64,000 nucleotides of DNA, taken from Nitrosopumilus sp. (GTDB taxonomy: Archaea; Thermoproteota; Nitrososphaeria; Nitrososphaerales; Nitrosopumilaceae). The notes under the pieces are model-generated. The model made no database searches. It was not told the DNA's origin and worked only from the letters and a program-made list of their open reading frames with translations. The stretch is taken from the NCBI GenBank assembly GCA_965205425.1, contig CBDBGZ010000009.1, positions 960,001 through 1,024,000 of the forward strand, given 5' to 3'. Every line of letters starts with the position of its first letter. The stretch's first letter is position 1. This document shows, one piece after another, positions 49,796 to 60,166 of this stretch. Position numbers and translations under genes: made by a program.

Positions 49796-50824
49796 ATGAA
49801 AACTCGATCGTTAATTTCTGCCAGTATCGTGGGGATTATCTTACTATCTGTATTGGGAATTGCTCTAAACTCTAGTGATTCATCTAATGAAAATAAAATC
49901 CGTATTGCGTATTTTCCTAATATTGGACATGCCATTCCTATTGTAGGGATGGAAAAAGGATTCTTTGAAGCAAATATTGGAGAACAACCCAGGATTGAAA
50001 CTCGTGTTTTTGACAGTGGTCCTCAAGCAATAGAATCTCTATTTGCCAATTCTGTTGACTTGGCATATGTTGGACCTGGCCCTGCAATTAATGGATTTTT
50101 GAATTCTGAAAATCATAACGTAAAGATTCTTGCTGGTGCTGCAAGCGGTGGAGCAAGTTTTATCGTTCATCCTGAATCTGAAATAAATTTTGCATCTGAT
50201 TTTACTGGAAAAAAAATTGCTGCACCTCAGATTGGAAATACTCAGGATGTATCATTGCGACATTATCTATCTGAGCATGGATTAAAAACAGCTGATAAAG
50301 GTGGTTCTGTAATAGTTTACAATATTCCAAATCCTGATATCTATACATTATTTGTTAAAGGTGACATTGATGGTGCATGGATTGCAGAACCATGGGCTAC
50401 AATTTTAGAAACTGAACTAAATGGAAAAAGATTATTCTATGAAGAAGAATTGTGGCCAAATAAAGAATTTGCATCTGTTCTTTTAATTGCAAATGCAAAT
50501 TTTGTAGAAAAAAATCCGGAGTTAATTACAAATTTGTTAGATTCCCATCATGAAACCGCAACTTGGATTAATCAAAATCCTATTGAAACTAGAGATGTTT
50601 TTAACGCTTTTTTGAATTCTCATTTAGGTCAATCATTATCTGATGATGTTGTAGATATTGCATTGTCCAATCTTGTTATCACTGCAGATCCATTACCTGA
50701 ATCTGTTCATTCATTTGCTGAAAAGGCAGATGCCCTGGGATATCTTGGAAGAAATGGATATGATTTGTCTGGTATTTTTTACCTCTTTGATACAAATCAC
50801 ATTGAAGGAGAAAATAACACATGA
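49796..50824 (+). CDS. SsuA/TauA/NitT-type ABC substrate-binding protein
   Basis: AYFPNIGHA, YVGPGPA, PQIGNTQD, EPWAT. Confidence 0.92.
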   Translation: MKTRSLISASIVGIILLSVLGIALNSSDSSNENKIRIAYFPNIGHAIPIVGMEKGFFEANIGEQPRIETRVFDSGPQAIESLFANSVDLAYVGPGPAINGFLNSENHNVKILAGAASGGASFIVHPESEINFASDFTGKKIAAPQIGNTQDVSLRHYLSEHGLKTADKGGSVIVYNIPNPDIYTLFVKGDIDGAWIAEPWATILETELNGKRLFYEEELWPNKEFASVLLIANANFVEKNPELITNLLDSHHETATWINQNPIETRDVFNAFLNSHLGQSLSDDVVDIALSNLVITADPLPESVHSFAEKADALGYLGRNGYDLSGIFYLFDTNHIEGENNT

Positions 50825-51585
50825 CAAAACTTGAGGCAAAAAATATTGTAAAATATTTTAGCCATGATTCTCACAAACTCAAAGCTCTTGGAGGTATCAA
50901 TCTCAAAGTTGAGGCTGGAGACTTTGTATGTCTAGTGGGCCCTTCAGGATGTGGTAAATCCACCTTTTTACGCATAGTTGCAGGCTTGGAAAAGCCTGAT
51001 GATGGGCAAATCTTGTTTGATGGGAGAAATGTTACAGAAACTGGACCTGAAAGAATTATGGTATTTCAAGAGGGTGCGTTGTTTCCATGGCTTAAGGTTC
51101 AAGATAACGTAGAATTTGGATTAAAGATGGCTGGAATTCCAAAAGAAGAACGAGCCAAAATATCTCATAGATATTTGGACATGATGCAATTAACAAAATT
51201 TGCCGATTCTTATGTCTACCAACTTTCCACTGGAATGAAACAACGTGTAGCTATAGCTCGAGCTCTTGTAATGGATCCTGATGTATTATTAATGGATGAA
51301 CCCTTTGCTGCACTTGATGCACAGACTCGTGACTTGCTATTAGTTGAAATGCAATTGATTTGGGAGAAAACAAAAAAGACAATCTTGTTTGTAACTCATA
51401 GTGTTTCAGAAGCTGCAGTTCTTGGAACCAAAGTTGCAATTTTTAGTAATCGTCCATCTGTAATTAAAAAAGAAGTTGATAACAATTTCCCAAGACCTAG
51501 AATAACTGAAGATGAGGCATTACTTAAATTCCAACAAGACATCTTGGCAGAACTTAGACCTGAGGTAAAGAAAAGACAAGAGTGA
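50821..51585 (+). CDS. ABC transporter ATP-binding protein
   Basis: [22 protein letters not shown]. Confidence 0.95.
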   Translation: MTKLEAKNIVKYFSHDSHKLKALGGINLKVEAGDFVCLVGPSGCGKSTFLRIVAGLEKPDDGQILFDGRNVTETGPERIMVFQEGALFPWLKVQDNVEFGLKMAGIPKEERAKISHRYLDMMQLTKFADSYVYQLSTGMKQRVAIARALVMDPDVLLMDEPFAALDAQTRDLLLVEMQLIWEKTKKTILFVTHSVSEAAVLGTKVAIFSNRPSVIKKEVDNNFPRPRITEDEALLKFQQDILAELRPEVKKRQE

Positions 51586-51590
51586 TACTA

Positions 51591-52349
51591 ATGGCAAAAA
51601 ACTTTACACCTCATAGAATTGTATTTTATATTGGAATCATTGCAGTATGGCAAATCATTGCCATGGTTGGAGTATGGCCTGATAACATATTTCCATCTCC
51701 ATATGAAGTGGCTGAAGATTTAGCTTATGGTGTATCTGATGGTAGTTTGTTATATGGAATAGCAACTAGTATGTGGAGATTGGCTATTGGGCTAGGAATT
51801 GCAATCGGTGGGGGGATTGTACTTGGAATATTTATGGCAAGAGTGGAGGTAATCAATCAAACTGTTGGATCTCTAGTTTTAGGTTTACAATCAATTCCTT
51901 CAATTGCTTGGGTACCTTTAGCAATACTCTGGTTTGGTTTAACTGATGGTGGAATAATATTTGTCACAGCAATTGGTGCAATTTTTGCAGTTACTATCAA
52001 CACATACACGGGCGTCAAAAACATCAATCCTCACTTTATTGAAGCTGCCAGAAATATGGGTGCAAAGGGTAGCCAGTTGATTACTGCGGTATTGATTCCA
52101 GCCGCCTTTCCATACATGATTTCTGGCTTTAAACAAGGCTGGGCCTTTGCTTGGAGGGGTGTAATTGGTGCAGAAATCTTGTTTTCTTTCTTAGGGCTGG
52201 GATTCTTGCTAAATGCTGGACGTTCTCTAAATGATGTTTCACAAGTCATTGGAATAATGGTGGTAATTATGGCAATTGGATTGGTAGTTGATGGTGTAAT
52301 TTTCAAGAGGCTTGAAACCAAAGTGATGTCTCGTTGGGGATTGAGATAA
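51591..52349 (+). CDS. ABC transporter permease
   Basis: EAARNMGA motif, TM helices. Confidence 0.93.
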   Translation: MAKNFTPHRIVFYIGIIAVWQIIAMVGVWPDNIFPSPYEVAEDLAYGVSDGSLLYGIATSMWRLAIGLGIAIGGGIVLGIFMARVEVINQTVGSLVLGLQSIPSIAWVPLAILWFGLTDGGIIFVTAIGAIFAVTINTYTGVKNINPHFIEAARNMGAKGSQLITAVLIPAAFPYMISGFKQGWAFAWRGVIGAEILFSFLGLGFLLNAGRSLNDVSQVIGIMVVIMAIGLVVDGVIFKRLETKVMSRWGLR

Positions 52350-52423
52350 TTTCTTTGACCGACTAGATTTCTTAGGATTCGAATCTAAATTTGAGAAATT
52401 TTTAATTAATTTGACAAGTCACC

Positions 52424-53539
52424 TTAAGGGTTTGTCACTTCATTTTTTATCTTTAGAGATATCACAAATGCACAAATGATAATTGCAATTGCAAAATACA
52501 TTACAGCAACATAATCAAATGCAAATGCAATTGCACCTGCAACTACGGGGCCAATCACAGTTGCAATTGATAAAGTTGAACTAAATATTCCAGTTGATGT
52601 TGAGCGAGGATTGTTCTCCATCAAATGAAAATTCCCACCAATGAATAAAAATGCCCAAGTTGCTCCAACTAGTGCCATAAATGGCATTGCCATCCACCAT
52701 TCTGCAACTACAGACAATCCAACAAAAACAAACGTTGTACCACCAATTCCAATTTTGAATTTCGTTACATTAGATAAGTGAATTTTACTTGCCATCACAT
52801 TCATCAAAACAAATGCTGTCAGTGTATTTGCTACATACACTATTGAAATGTGATATAGTTCACCTCCTAACTTTTCTACAATCATTATGGGAAGAATAAC
52901 CCATACTGCTGCTGCACCAATGTGCCTTAGTAATAATGATAAAAACAGAAATTTATTTTTTGAAATTATTTTCTTTGTAGTTCCTGGGATTGTCTCTTTT
53001 ACTTGTTCAGGATTTGGGAGTCTAATTGTAAATAATAATCCGATAAGAAATGATGCAGCACTTAATATGAAAATTAATTTGAGATCATTTGCAATTCCTG
53101 CTGCAGCAATTCCTGCAAGCCATCCTAAAGCATGAAATGAGATTACTGTTGCTGCTCTTTTTTTGTCAATATTTGCCTCATAGGTATACGCAATCATTGC
53201 TGGAATCATAATCCCACTTGCAATACCAGCTGCAATTCTAACCAAGAAAAATACGCCAAGATCATCTGCAAAATAATGTAATCCAAATGCTATGGCACAT
53301 CCAATAAAGCCAATTCTGATGAATTTGAGCCTGGTTCCTTTCTTATCTGAGTGTCGTCCAAAATAGATTTCAGATAAAATCTGAGCAAAACTAAATGATG
53401 CAACTAGTAACCCAATTTCAAAAATAGACTCTGTTACCCCTCCTGCAATAATAGGCATGAAAACAAAGACTATTGAAATTCCAGCATGTTGAAAAAATGT
53501 GGCACTACGAACTAGATTATTGACCTGAGACTTTTGCAT
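52424..53539 (-). CDS. MFS transporter
   Basis: About 12 TM segments, GRHSDKKG. Confidence 0.9.
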   Translation of the reverse strand: MQKSQVNNLVRSATFFQHAGISIVFVFMPIIAGGVTESIFEIGLLVASFSFAQILSEIYFGRHSDKKGTRLKFIRIGFIGCAIAFGLHYFADDLGVFFLVRIAAGIASGIMIPAMIAYTYEANIDKKRAATVISFHALGWLAGIAAAGIANDLKLIFILSAASFLIGLLFTIRLPNPEQVKETIPGTTKKIISKNKFLFLSLLLRHIGAAAVWVILPIMIVEKLGGELYHISIVYVANTLTAFVLMNVMASKIHLSNVTKFKIGIGGTTFVFVGLSVVAEWWMAMPFMALVGATWAFLFIGGNFHLMENNPRSTSTGIFSSTLSIATVIGPVVAGAIAFAFDYVAVMYFAIAIIICAFVISLKIKNEVTNP

Positions 53540-53651
53540 AAATGTACATAAAATTAACTTGTACCTAATTTCAACATACGTATCAATCCAACAACTCTTT
53601 GTGGTTTTTTCTGAAAAGAGTTAAACTGTGCTGAAATATTTTGAAATTAGG

Positions 53652-54614
53652 ATGACTGAAAAAGAACCATTTCTTGATGCAATGAAAAATAGAATTCTAT
53701 TGTTTGATGGTGCAATGGGAACTGAAATTCAACGACATGATCCAAAACCTGAAGATTTTCCAAATAATCAAGATGGGTTTAATGATGGATTAGTTGTTAC
53801 CCATCCAGAATGGATAAAAGAAATTCATAGAAATTATTTGGATGCTGGTTCTGATTGTATTGAAACTAATTCTTTTGGATCAAACAAAATTAAACTTGAT
53901 GAATATGGTTTTGGTGATCAAACTGTTGACTTTAACAAAAAAATTGCTACAATTGCATCTGAAGTATGTGCAGAGTATACTGATAAATCTCGATATGTAA
54001 TTGGCTCTATGGGTCCAACAGGATATCTTCCAAGTTCTAATGATCCTGACTTAGGTCAAATGCCGTTAGATGAAATCCGAGAGGCATTTGAGTTACAAGC
54101 TGAAGGATTAATTCTTGGTGGAGTTGATGCACTACTAATTGAAACAAGTCAAGATATTCTAGAGGTTAAATTAGTTATTGAGGCATGTCACAATGCGATA
54201 AAAAAAACTGGTAAAAAAGTCCCTATTATTGCAAATACTACGTTGGATCAATATGGAAAGATGTTACTTGGCACAAATATCCAAGCTGCATACACAACTG
54301 TTTCTGATATGGGGATTGATGTTTTTGGTTTGAATTGTTCTACTGGACCTATTGAGATGAATCCTAGTGTTCAGTGGTTAAATGAACAAGATGAACATAA
54401 CATATTGGTAGTACCAAATGCCGGCATGCCTGAAAATGATGGCGGACAAGCAGTTTACAAAATGACTCCTAACAAAATGGGTGATGCTTTAGGTGATTTT
54501 CTTAATGACTACAAAAAAGTTCGAATTATTGGTGGTTGCTGTGGGACAAACCCTGAACACATCAAGGCATTAAGGAAAGTAATTGACGAAAAAGCTAACT
54601 CTGTCGAGGGTTAA
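53652..54614 (+). CDS. metH: B12-dependent methionine synthase, homocysteine-binding module
   Basis: DGAMGT, GLNCS, PNAG.P, GGCCGT. Confidence 0.93.
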   Translation: MTEKEPFLDAMKNRILLFDGAMGTEIQRHDPKPEDFPNNQDGFNDGLVVTHPEWIKEIHRNYLDAGSDCIETNSFGSNKIKLDEYGFGDQTVDFNKKIATIASEVCAEYTDKSRYVIGSMGPTGYLPSSNDPDLGQMPLDEIREAFELQAEGLILGGVDALLIETSQDILEVKLVIEACHNAIKKTGKKVPIIANTTLDQYGKMLLGTNIQAAYTTVSDMGIDVFGLNCSTGPIEMNPSVQWLNEQDEHNILVVPNAGMPENDGGQAVYKMTPNKMGDALGDFLNDYKKVRIIGGCCGTNPEHIKALRKVIDEKANSVEG

Positions 54615-54646
54615 GTATTTACAAAAACAGGTGTGATTTTACAACA

Positions 54647-57145
54647 TTGACAGTTCCAAGAGTAAGTTCGGCATTAAAAGCAGTTGATCTAAAACAAGTC
54701 CCAGCTCCTTTAATCATAGGTGAGAGAATTAACACGCAGGGTTCTCGTAAAGCAAAGAAGTTAGTTCTTGGTGATGATTATGAAGGACTAGTTGATTTGG
54801 GTAGACTTCAAGTTGAAGATGGTGCACACTGTCTTGATGTTTGTGTTGCAACTACAGAACGTGCAGACGAAAAAGAGTTCATGTTAAATTTAGTTAAAAG
54901 ATTAAGTTTAGAAATTGATGCTCCACTTGTAATTGATTCAACTGATCCTGAAGTCATTGAAGCATCAGTTACTCAAATTCCAGGAAGGCCAATAATTAAT
55001 TCAATAAACCTTGAAGGTGATGGAAGTAGATTTGAAAAACTAGCTCCACTTATGAGAAAGTATGGCTTACCTTCGATTGCATTATGCATTGGTCCAGAAG
55101 GCATGGCCAAAACCCCTCAACAAAAAGTTGATACTGCTGAATTACTTTATGAAACAGGAAAAAAATATGGTTTAAAAATTGAACAATTTATTTTTGATGT
55201 TCTTACATTTACTTTGGCAACTGGTGAGGCTGAATTCCTTGATGCAGGTAAAAATACTCTGGAAGGAATTAGATTGGTTAAAGAAAAATTTCCAAATTGT
55301 TTCACTACTTTAGGTCTTAGTAACATAAGCTTCGGTCTTTCACCTTATGCTAGAAAAGTTCTAAATTCTGCATTCTTGTACCATGCGGTCAAAATTGGTC
55401 TTGATTCGGCAATTGTAAATGCAAAAGAGATTATTCCATATGGCGAAATTGATGAAAAAGAGAAAAAACTTGCAGATGATCTAATCTTTAATACTCATCC
55501 AAATGCCTTATCTGATTTGATTACTTATTTTGAGAATGCAGGACCTCAAAGCAATACTGCTTCAAAGAAGGTAGATGTAGATCCTACGTGGCCAGCAGGA
55601 AAACGTGCAAACTTTAGAATTGTAAATAGACTCAAAGATGGAATTCAAAATGATGTTGTATCTGCCATTGCAGAAAAACTTGATCGAAATGACATCATTG
55701 AAGATGTTGAAGGTATCTTATCTCTAAATGTCTCTAAAGAAATAACTCATGATGCTGCGATAAAAACACTCAATGAAGATTTACTTCCTGCAATGAAGGA
55801 GGTGGGGGACAAATTTGGATCTGGTGAGCTAATTCTTCCATTTGTCCTAAAATCTGCAGAATGTATGAAGGCATCAGTTGGTGAATTGGAGAAGTATTTG
55901 GTGAAAGAAGAAGGATCAAGTAAAGGTGTACTTGTTTTGGGCACTGTTTATGGTGATGTTCATGATATTGGCAAGAATCTAGTAAAGACCATTTTCCAAA
56001 ATAATGGTTACACAGTTCATGATTTGGGAAAGCAAGTTCCATTACAAAAATTCCTTGAAAAAATAGATGAAACAAAACCTGATGCTATTGGATTATCTGC
56101 TTTATTGGTATCAACTTCAAAACAAATGAAATTTTTTGTAGATCATGCAAGAAAAAATAATATGACTATACCAATTCTTTGTGGAGGAGCTGCAATTAAC
56201 AGTAATTACATTAACAGAATTGCAAAAGAAGATGGAATATACGAATCGGGAGTATTTTATTGCAATACTATGTTTGAAGGTCTAAAAACCATGGATGTTT
56301 TGGTTTCAGATGAAAAATCAAAACTTCAATCTGATTGGAAAGAAAAATTAGAAAACTGGAAAGAAAAATCTACCACAATAGTTGATCCTGACACTCTTCC
56401 AAAAAGTGAAACAAAACCAGTTACTGCTCCAACTCCTAAAAATATTGGAGAGCCAATTCGCTTAAAATTAGATCAAATCAATATGGCTGACGTTTGGACC
56501 ATGATTGATAAAAAATCACTCTTCAAACTATCTTGGGGATTAAGGGGAAAGGCAGGCTCTGAATCTGAAGAAGAACATGAACAATTACTATCTGAATGGA
56601 AAATACGAATTATTCGTGATAAACTGTTTGAACCTGAAGTTGTTTATGGTTATTTCAAATGTCATAACAAAGATAGAAAACTTCTTGTTGAAAATCCAGA
56701 TGGGGATGATGTAGAATTAGAATTCCCACGCTCCACCAAACCCGAGCATTTGTGTTTAACCGATTACTTTGGAGATGACGATATTGTTGCATTTCAATCT
56801 GTAACTGTTGGCAACAAAGTGGCTGAAATTATAGAACAATGGAATAAAGATGACAAGTATACTGATGCATATTATCTTCATGGATTAGCAGTTGAAGTAG
56901 CCGAAGCCTTGGCTGAATGGATAAATCAGAAAATTAAAACTGAATTGAATTTAGAAAAAGGTGGTTTGAGATATAGTTGGGGATTTCCTAGCTGTCCTGA
57001 TGTGTCTCAACATCATCTAGTATGGAAATTATTACAACCTGAAAAATCTGGAATGACATTAACAGAATCTGGGCAAATTATTCCAGAACAATCTACTGCA
57101 GCTATTGTGATTCATCATCCTGACGCAAAATATTTTGTACTTTAA
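54647..57145 (+). CDS. metH: B12-dependent methionine synthase, pterin-, cobalamin- and activation modules
   Basis: IGERIN..GS, GDVHDIGKN, RYSWGFPSCP. Confidence 0.94.
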   Translation: MTVPRVSSALKAVDLKQVPAPLIIGERINTQGSRKAKKLVLGDDYEGLVDLGRLQVEDGAHCLDVCVATTERADEKEFMLNLVKRLSLEIDAPLVIDSTDPEVIEASVTQIPGRPIINSINLEGDGSRFEKLAPLMRKYGLPSIALCIGPEGMAKTPQQKVDTAELLYETGKKYGLKIEQFIFDVLTFTLATGEAEFLDAGKNTLEGIRLVKEKFPNCFTTLGLSNISFGLSPYARKVLNSAFLYHAVKIGLDSAIVNAKEIIPYGEIDEKEKKLADDLIFNTHPNALSDLITYFENAGPQSNTASKKVDVDPTWPAGKRANFRIVNRLKDGIQNDVVSAIAEKLDRNDIIEDVEGILSLNVSKEITHDAAIKTLNEDLLPAMKEVGDKFGSGELILPFVLKSAECMKASVGELEKYLVKEEGSSKGVLVLGTVYGDVHDIGKNLVKTIFQNNGYTVHDLGKQVPLQKFLEKIDETKPDAIGLSALLVSTSKQMKFFVDHARKNNMTIPILCGGAAINSNYINRIAKEDGIYESGVFYCNTMFEGLKTMDVLVSDEKSKLQSDWKEKLENWKEKSTTIVDPDTLPKSETKPVTAPTPKNIGEPIRLKLDQINMADVWTMIDKKSLFKLSWGLRGKAGSESEEEHEQLLSEWKIRIIRDKLFEPEVVYGYFKCHNKDRKLLVENPDGDDVELEFPRSTKPEHLCLTDYFGDDDIVAFQSVTVGNKVAEIIEQWNKDDKYTDAYYLHGLAVEVAEALAEWINQKIKTELNLEKGGLRYSWGFPSCPDVSQHHLVWKLLQPEKSGMTLTESGQIIPEQSTAAIVIHHPDAKYFVL

Positions 57146-57879
57146 TTATTTGATTTTTCTAGATATTCATTTAACCCACTAAAATCACTTGGTGATGTGA
57201 TTAGTACATCTCCTGTAATTTCATGTATCTCTTTTACAAATTCGTCAAACCTTTGACTATGTTTTACCCAATCAATATTCAGAAATGTTGCTGACTTTTC
57301 ATTTTTAAGAGATGGGAATAAGAGTATTGGAATGATTGAAAATCCTTTGAGATTTTCTGATAATTCTTGAACTTGTTGGATGTTTTGAATAACTTGCGTC
57401 ATAAATCCTTTAGGTTTTGCATCTATTTTTTTTCCAATTTTAGAAAAATTAGGTTTATTTGAAATTGATAAATACAAATCAATTTTGGAATCTACTCCTT
57501 GCTCTCTCAATCTTCTTACTGTCAAACCAGGAATCTGACCTGAATCTTTTCCCCCTGTTTGAGAAGGATCTCCCATTAAGATCAAAATCCCTGAAAATCC
57601 TACTGAAATACAACTTTGAACAAATTCTGATATTTCATTCTCACTTTTGTCCCTAACTCTAAGACTGACAGTAATTGGTAAATTTGGAATTTCTTTTCTG
57701 ATGATTTTCCCAGCTTCTATAGGTGACACTCTTTGAAATCCTAAAACATTTTCAGTTAGGTGTATTGCATCACATTTCTTTGAAATAATTTTTATCTTTT
57801 CTACAAATTTTTGAATTGACTCATTTGTATTTACATCTGGTAAAATTTTAGGAGGATTAGCTTCATACCTAATTGTCAT
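57142..57879 (-). CDS. Methylenetetrahydrofolate reductase-like protein
   Basis: E.NPPK, LRVRD, L.LMGDP, FMTQ; convergent with metH. Confidence 0.8.
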   Translation of the reverse strand: MTIRYEANPPKILPDVNTNESIQKFVEKIKIISKKCDAIHLTENVLGFQRVSPIEAGKIIRKEIPNLPITVSLRVRDKSENEISEFVQSCISVGFSGILILMGDPSQTGGKDSGQIPGLTVRRLREQGVDSKIDLYLSISNKPNFSKIGKKIDAKPKGFMTQVIQNIQQVQELSENLKGFSIIPILLFPSLKNEKSATFLNIDWVKHSQRFDEFVKEIHEITGDVLITSPSDFSGLNEYLEKSNN

Positions 57880-57953
57880 ATTTCAATTCCTTATCTTCTG
57901 GGTTAAAACCTTTGAATACCAAAACCCATATGGAAAGGTAGGAAAGAACCACA

Positions 57954-58502
57954 ATGCAGTTAGATGATTTAAAATCCAAACTTTCTACTTCGCTGAATCC
58001 CACAATTGAAACAAATGGAAAGTATCGTTTAGCTTCAATTCTTGTTGTGATTTATGATGATGATCCAATTATTATAATGACTGAAAAACCCAAACACATG
58101 AAATTTCATGCAGGAGAAATTTCTTTCCCTGGTGGAAAATTGGATTATGAAGACTCTGATCTTTTAGAAACTGCATTACGTGAAACTAGGGAAGAGATAG
58201 GATTGCCAATTTCTAAAGAACAAGTTATTGGACAATTGGAACCTGTTGTCACATTGAATTCAGGTTTTTTGATCTTGCCTTTTATTTCAGTTGTAAATCA
58301 AATCCCTAAACTTTCCGCAAATGCAGAAGTTGAAAAAATATTCCATATTCCTTTAGAGACATTTTTAAAAACTGAGGCAAAAGATCCAGATCCATCTCAT
58401 AATCTCATTCAAGAAATGTATACTTTTGAATATCAAAATCAAATTGTGTGGGGAGCTTCGGCTAGAATTCTAAAACAGATTCAAGATTGCCTAAAATCCT
58501 GA
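57954..58502 (+). CDS. Nudix CoA pyrophosphatase-like hydrolase
   Basis: HAGEISFPGG, ALRETREEIG, IVWGASA. Confidence 0.92.
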   Translation: MQLDDLKSKLSTSLNPTIETNGKYRLASILVVIYDDDPIIIMTEKPKHMKFHAGEISFPGGKLDYEDSDLLETALRETREEIGLPISKEQVIGQLEPVVTLNSGFLILPFISVVNQIPKLSANAEVEKIFHIPLETFLKTEAKDPDPSHNLIQEMYTFEYQNQIVWGASARILKQIQDCLKS

Positions 58503-58539
58503 GATTCATTTAAAAAGAGCTCCTCGTGCCTGAACATCT

Positions 58540-58698
58540 ATGGCTGCACGTAAGTCCTCTCCAAGGAAAATTCGTCTACTCAAAAAGACTAGACAAACTT
58601 CAGCAGTACCCGCATGGATTATTCTCAAAACTAAACGAGGTGTTAGAACCAATCCAAAGCGTAGAGCTTGGAGATCAACTGATGTGGAGGTAGGATAA
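58540..58698 (+). CDS. rpl39e: 50S ribosomal protein L39e (not in ORF track)
   Basis: VPAWIILKT...NPKRRAWR; directly upstream of rpl31e. Confidence 0.95.
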   Translation: MAARKSSPRKIRLLKKTRQTSAVPAWIILKTKRGVRTNPKRRAWRSTDVEVG

Positions 58699-59109
58699 AT
58701 GTCTCAAGAATTAGAACGAGTTTATACAATTAATCTTGGTAAAGTAAAAATTTCACAATCTCAACATAGAGCTGTTAGAGCTATTAACATGATTAGAGAA
58801 TTTGCTCAACATCACATGAAAGTTGAGACAATCAAAATTGAAGAAGAATTATCTCATGAAATCTGGTCTAAGGGAGTTAGAAATCCTCCAAGAAAAGTTA
58901 GGGTTAGAATGAGTAAAACCGATGAAGGATATGTTCTTGTTTCTAGATATGACGAAGGAGCCGAATCTAAAGTTACTCCTGAAAAAGAAACCAAAAAAGT
59001 TTCAGATAACGTAGAAGAACCAGCTAAAGAAGAACCAGCTAAAGAAGAACCAAAGAAAGAAGAACCAAAGAAAGAAGAACCAGCTAAAGAAGAACCAAAG
59101 AAAGATTAA
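58699..59109 (+). CDS. rpl31e: 50S ribosomal protein L31e with repetitive tail
   Basis: ERVYTINL, RAVRAI, IWSKGVRNPPRKVRV. Confidence 0.96.
   Translation: MSQELERVYTINLGKVKISQSQHRAVRAINMIREFAQHHMKVETIKIEEELSHEIWSKGVRNPPRKVRVRMSKTDEGYVLVSRYDEGAESKVTPEKETKKVSDNVEEPAKEEPAKEEPKKEEPKKEEPAKEEPKKD
59014..59103 (+). repeat. 15-bp tandem repeat x6 (EEPAK/EEPKK)
   Basis: GAAGAACCA(GCT/AAG)AAA units. Confidence 0.95.
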
Positions 59110-59143
59110 TTCTTTTCAAAAATTATAATTTTAAAAAATCTGT

Positions 59144-60094
59144 TTATTCTAATTGGTACAGGTCTAATTCACAATCGATACTACAATCTGGTGTAGTCCA
59201 ATCAAATGTATCTTCTTGTGGAATCATTCCTAAAGGATCATAATTATCAAACTTTGTCATTCCTTGAATTGATGATAACATTACAACTTTGGAATCTTCA
59301 GTACTTGAAGTCATGTCAATCTGTGAATTACTTTCATTAACAATTCCTGCTGTAAGATTTGTAATTGAATTAATTACTCCTACTGGGATATTGCTACCTC
59401 CGACAACATACAACATTGAACGTTTTACTGAGTTTGGCGGTGCATTACCATATAGCATTTTTAGTGAATCTCTGAGTGAATCTTCAATATTTTGTCCATC
59501 TTTGCTTGTTGAGATAATGTTTGTTTCACTGGATATTTCTGATGAATCAAGTGATTGTACTACATGCATCATTGCAGAGTTTGCAATTTCGTAACATGCT
59601 TTTGGGCTCAAATCTGGATTACTTTCAAGAAGTGAATCATTATCAAGCACTACTGTACATTTTGAGTTCTCTCTTACTCTCTTTAGAGATACTCCTGAAT
59701 TGAAAATTCTATCTTTTTCATATTTGAATGGCATTATGGCAAATGATAGTAGTCCTGTTTCTGATTCTTTACACATTTCTGATACAACTGGAGCCATGGC
59801 TGAGCCTGCTTTGCCTGCTAAATTACTCATTAAGATAACTGTGGAATAACCTGAAATTTTTGATTTAATTTCTTCAGATACTTTGTAAGTTGAGCCTCTG
59901 ATTAACTGAACTGATGGATTTACAACTGAATCTGTTGAAACGTGGACAGATGGATTATCTGTTGAAAAATCTTTCTTATCATTACTAATTATTAGACAAT
60001 CTGAATTTAGGGTATTTTTTGCTTGAATTGCTAATTTTGAGCCTACGCCACCAAGGCCTATGACTAAAACTGGTTCTTTAACTTGAAAACTCAT
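59144..60094 (-). CDS. ftsZ: Divergent thaumarchaeal FtsZ homolog
   Basis: VIGLGGVG, MPFKYE, VLDND; tubulin signature altered to LAGKAGSA. Confidence 0.85.
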   Translation of the reverse strand: MSFQVKEPVLVIGLGGVGSKLAIQAKNTLNSDCLIISNDKKDFSTDNPSVHVSTDSVVNPSVQLIRGSTYKVSEEIKSKISGYSTVILMSNLAGKAGSAMAPVVSEMCKESETGLLSFAIMPFKYEKDRIFNSGVSLKRVRENSKCTVVLDNDSLLESNPDLSPKACYEIANSAMMHVVQSLDSSEISSETNIISTSKDGQNIEDSLRDSLKMLYGNAPPNSVKRSMLYVVGGSNIPVGVINSITNLTAGIVNESNSQIDMTSSTEDSKVVMLSSIQGMTKFDNYDPLGMIPQEDTFDWTTPDCSIDCELDLYQLE

Positions 60095-60166
60095 TCTGAT
60101 CTTATTTTCTGATTTAGATAAAAAACCTTCTTACGTTTTTTTAATCAAATTTTAGATCGAAAAAAA

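Noticed and set aside
53652..57145. Split metH as a frameshift or pseudogene
   Set aside because: The break lies at a domain boundary with a clean stop, spacer and new start; two-gene MetH is a known arrangement
57899..57928. TGGGTT...AAAACCCA resembling one unit of the 32-bp array
   Set aside because: Single, imperfect, spacing off by one, and within a divergent promoter region
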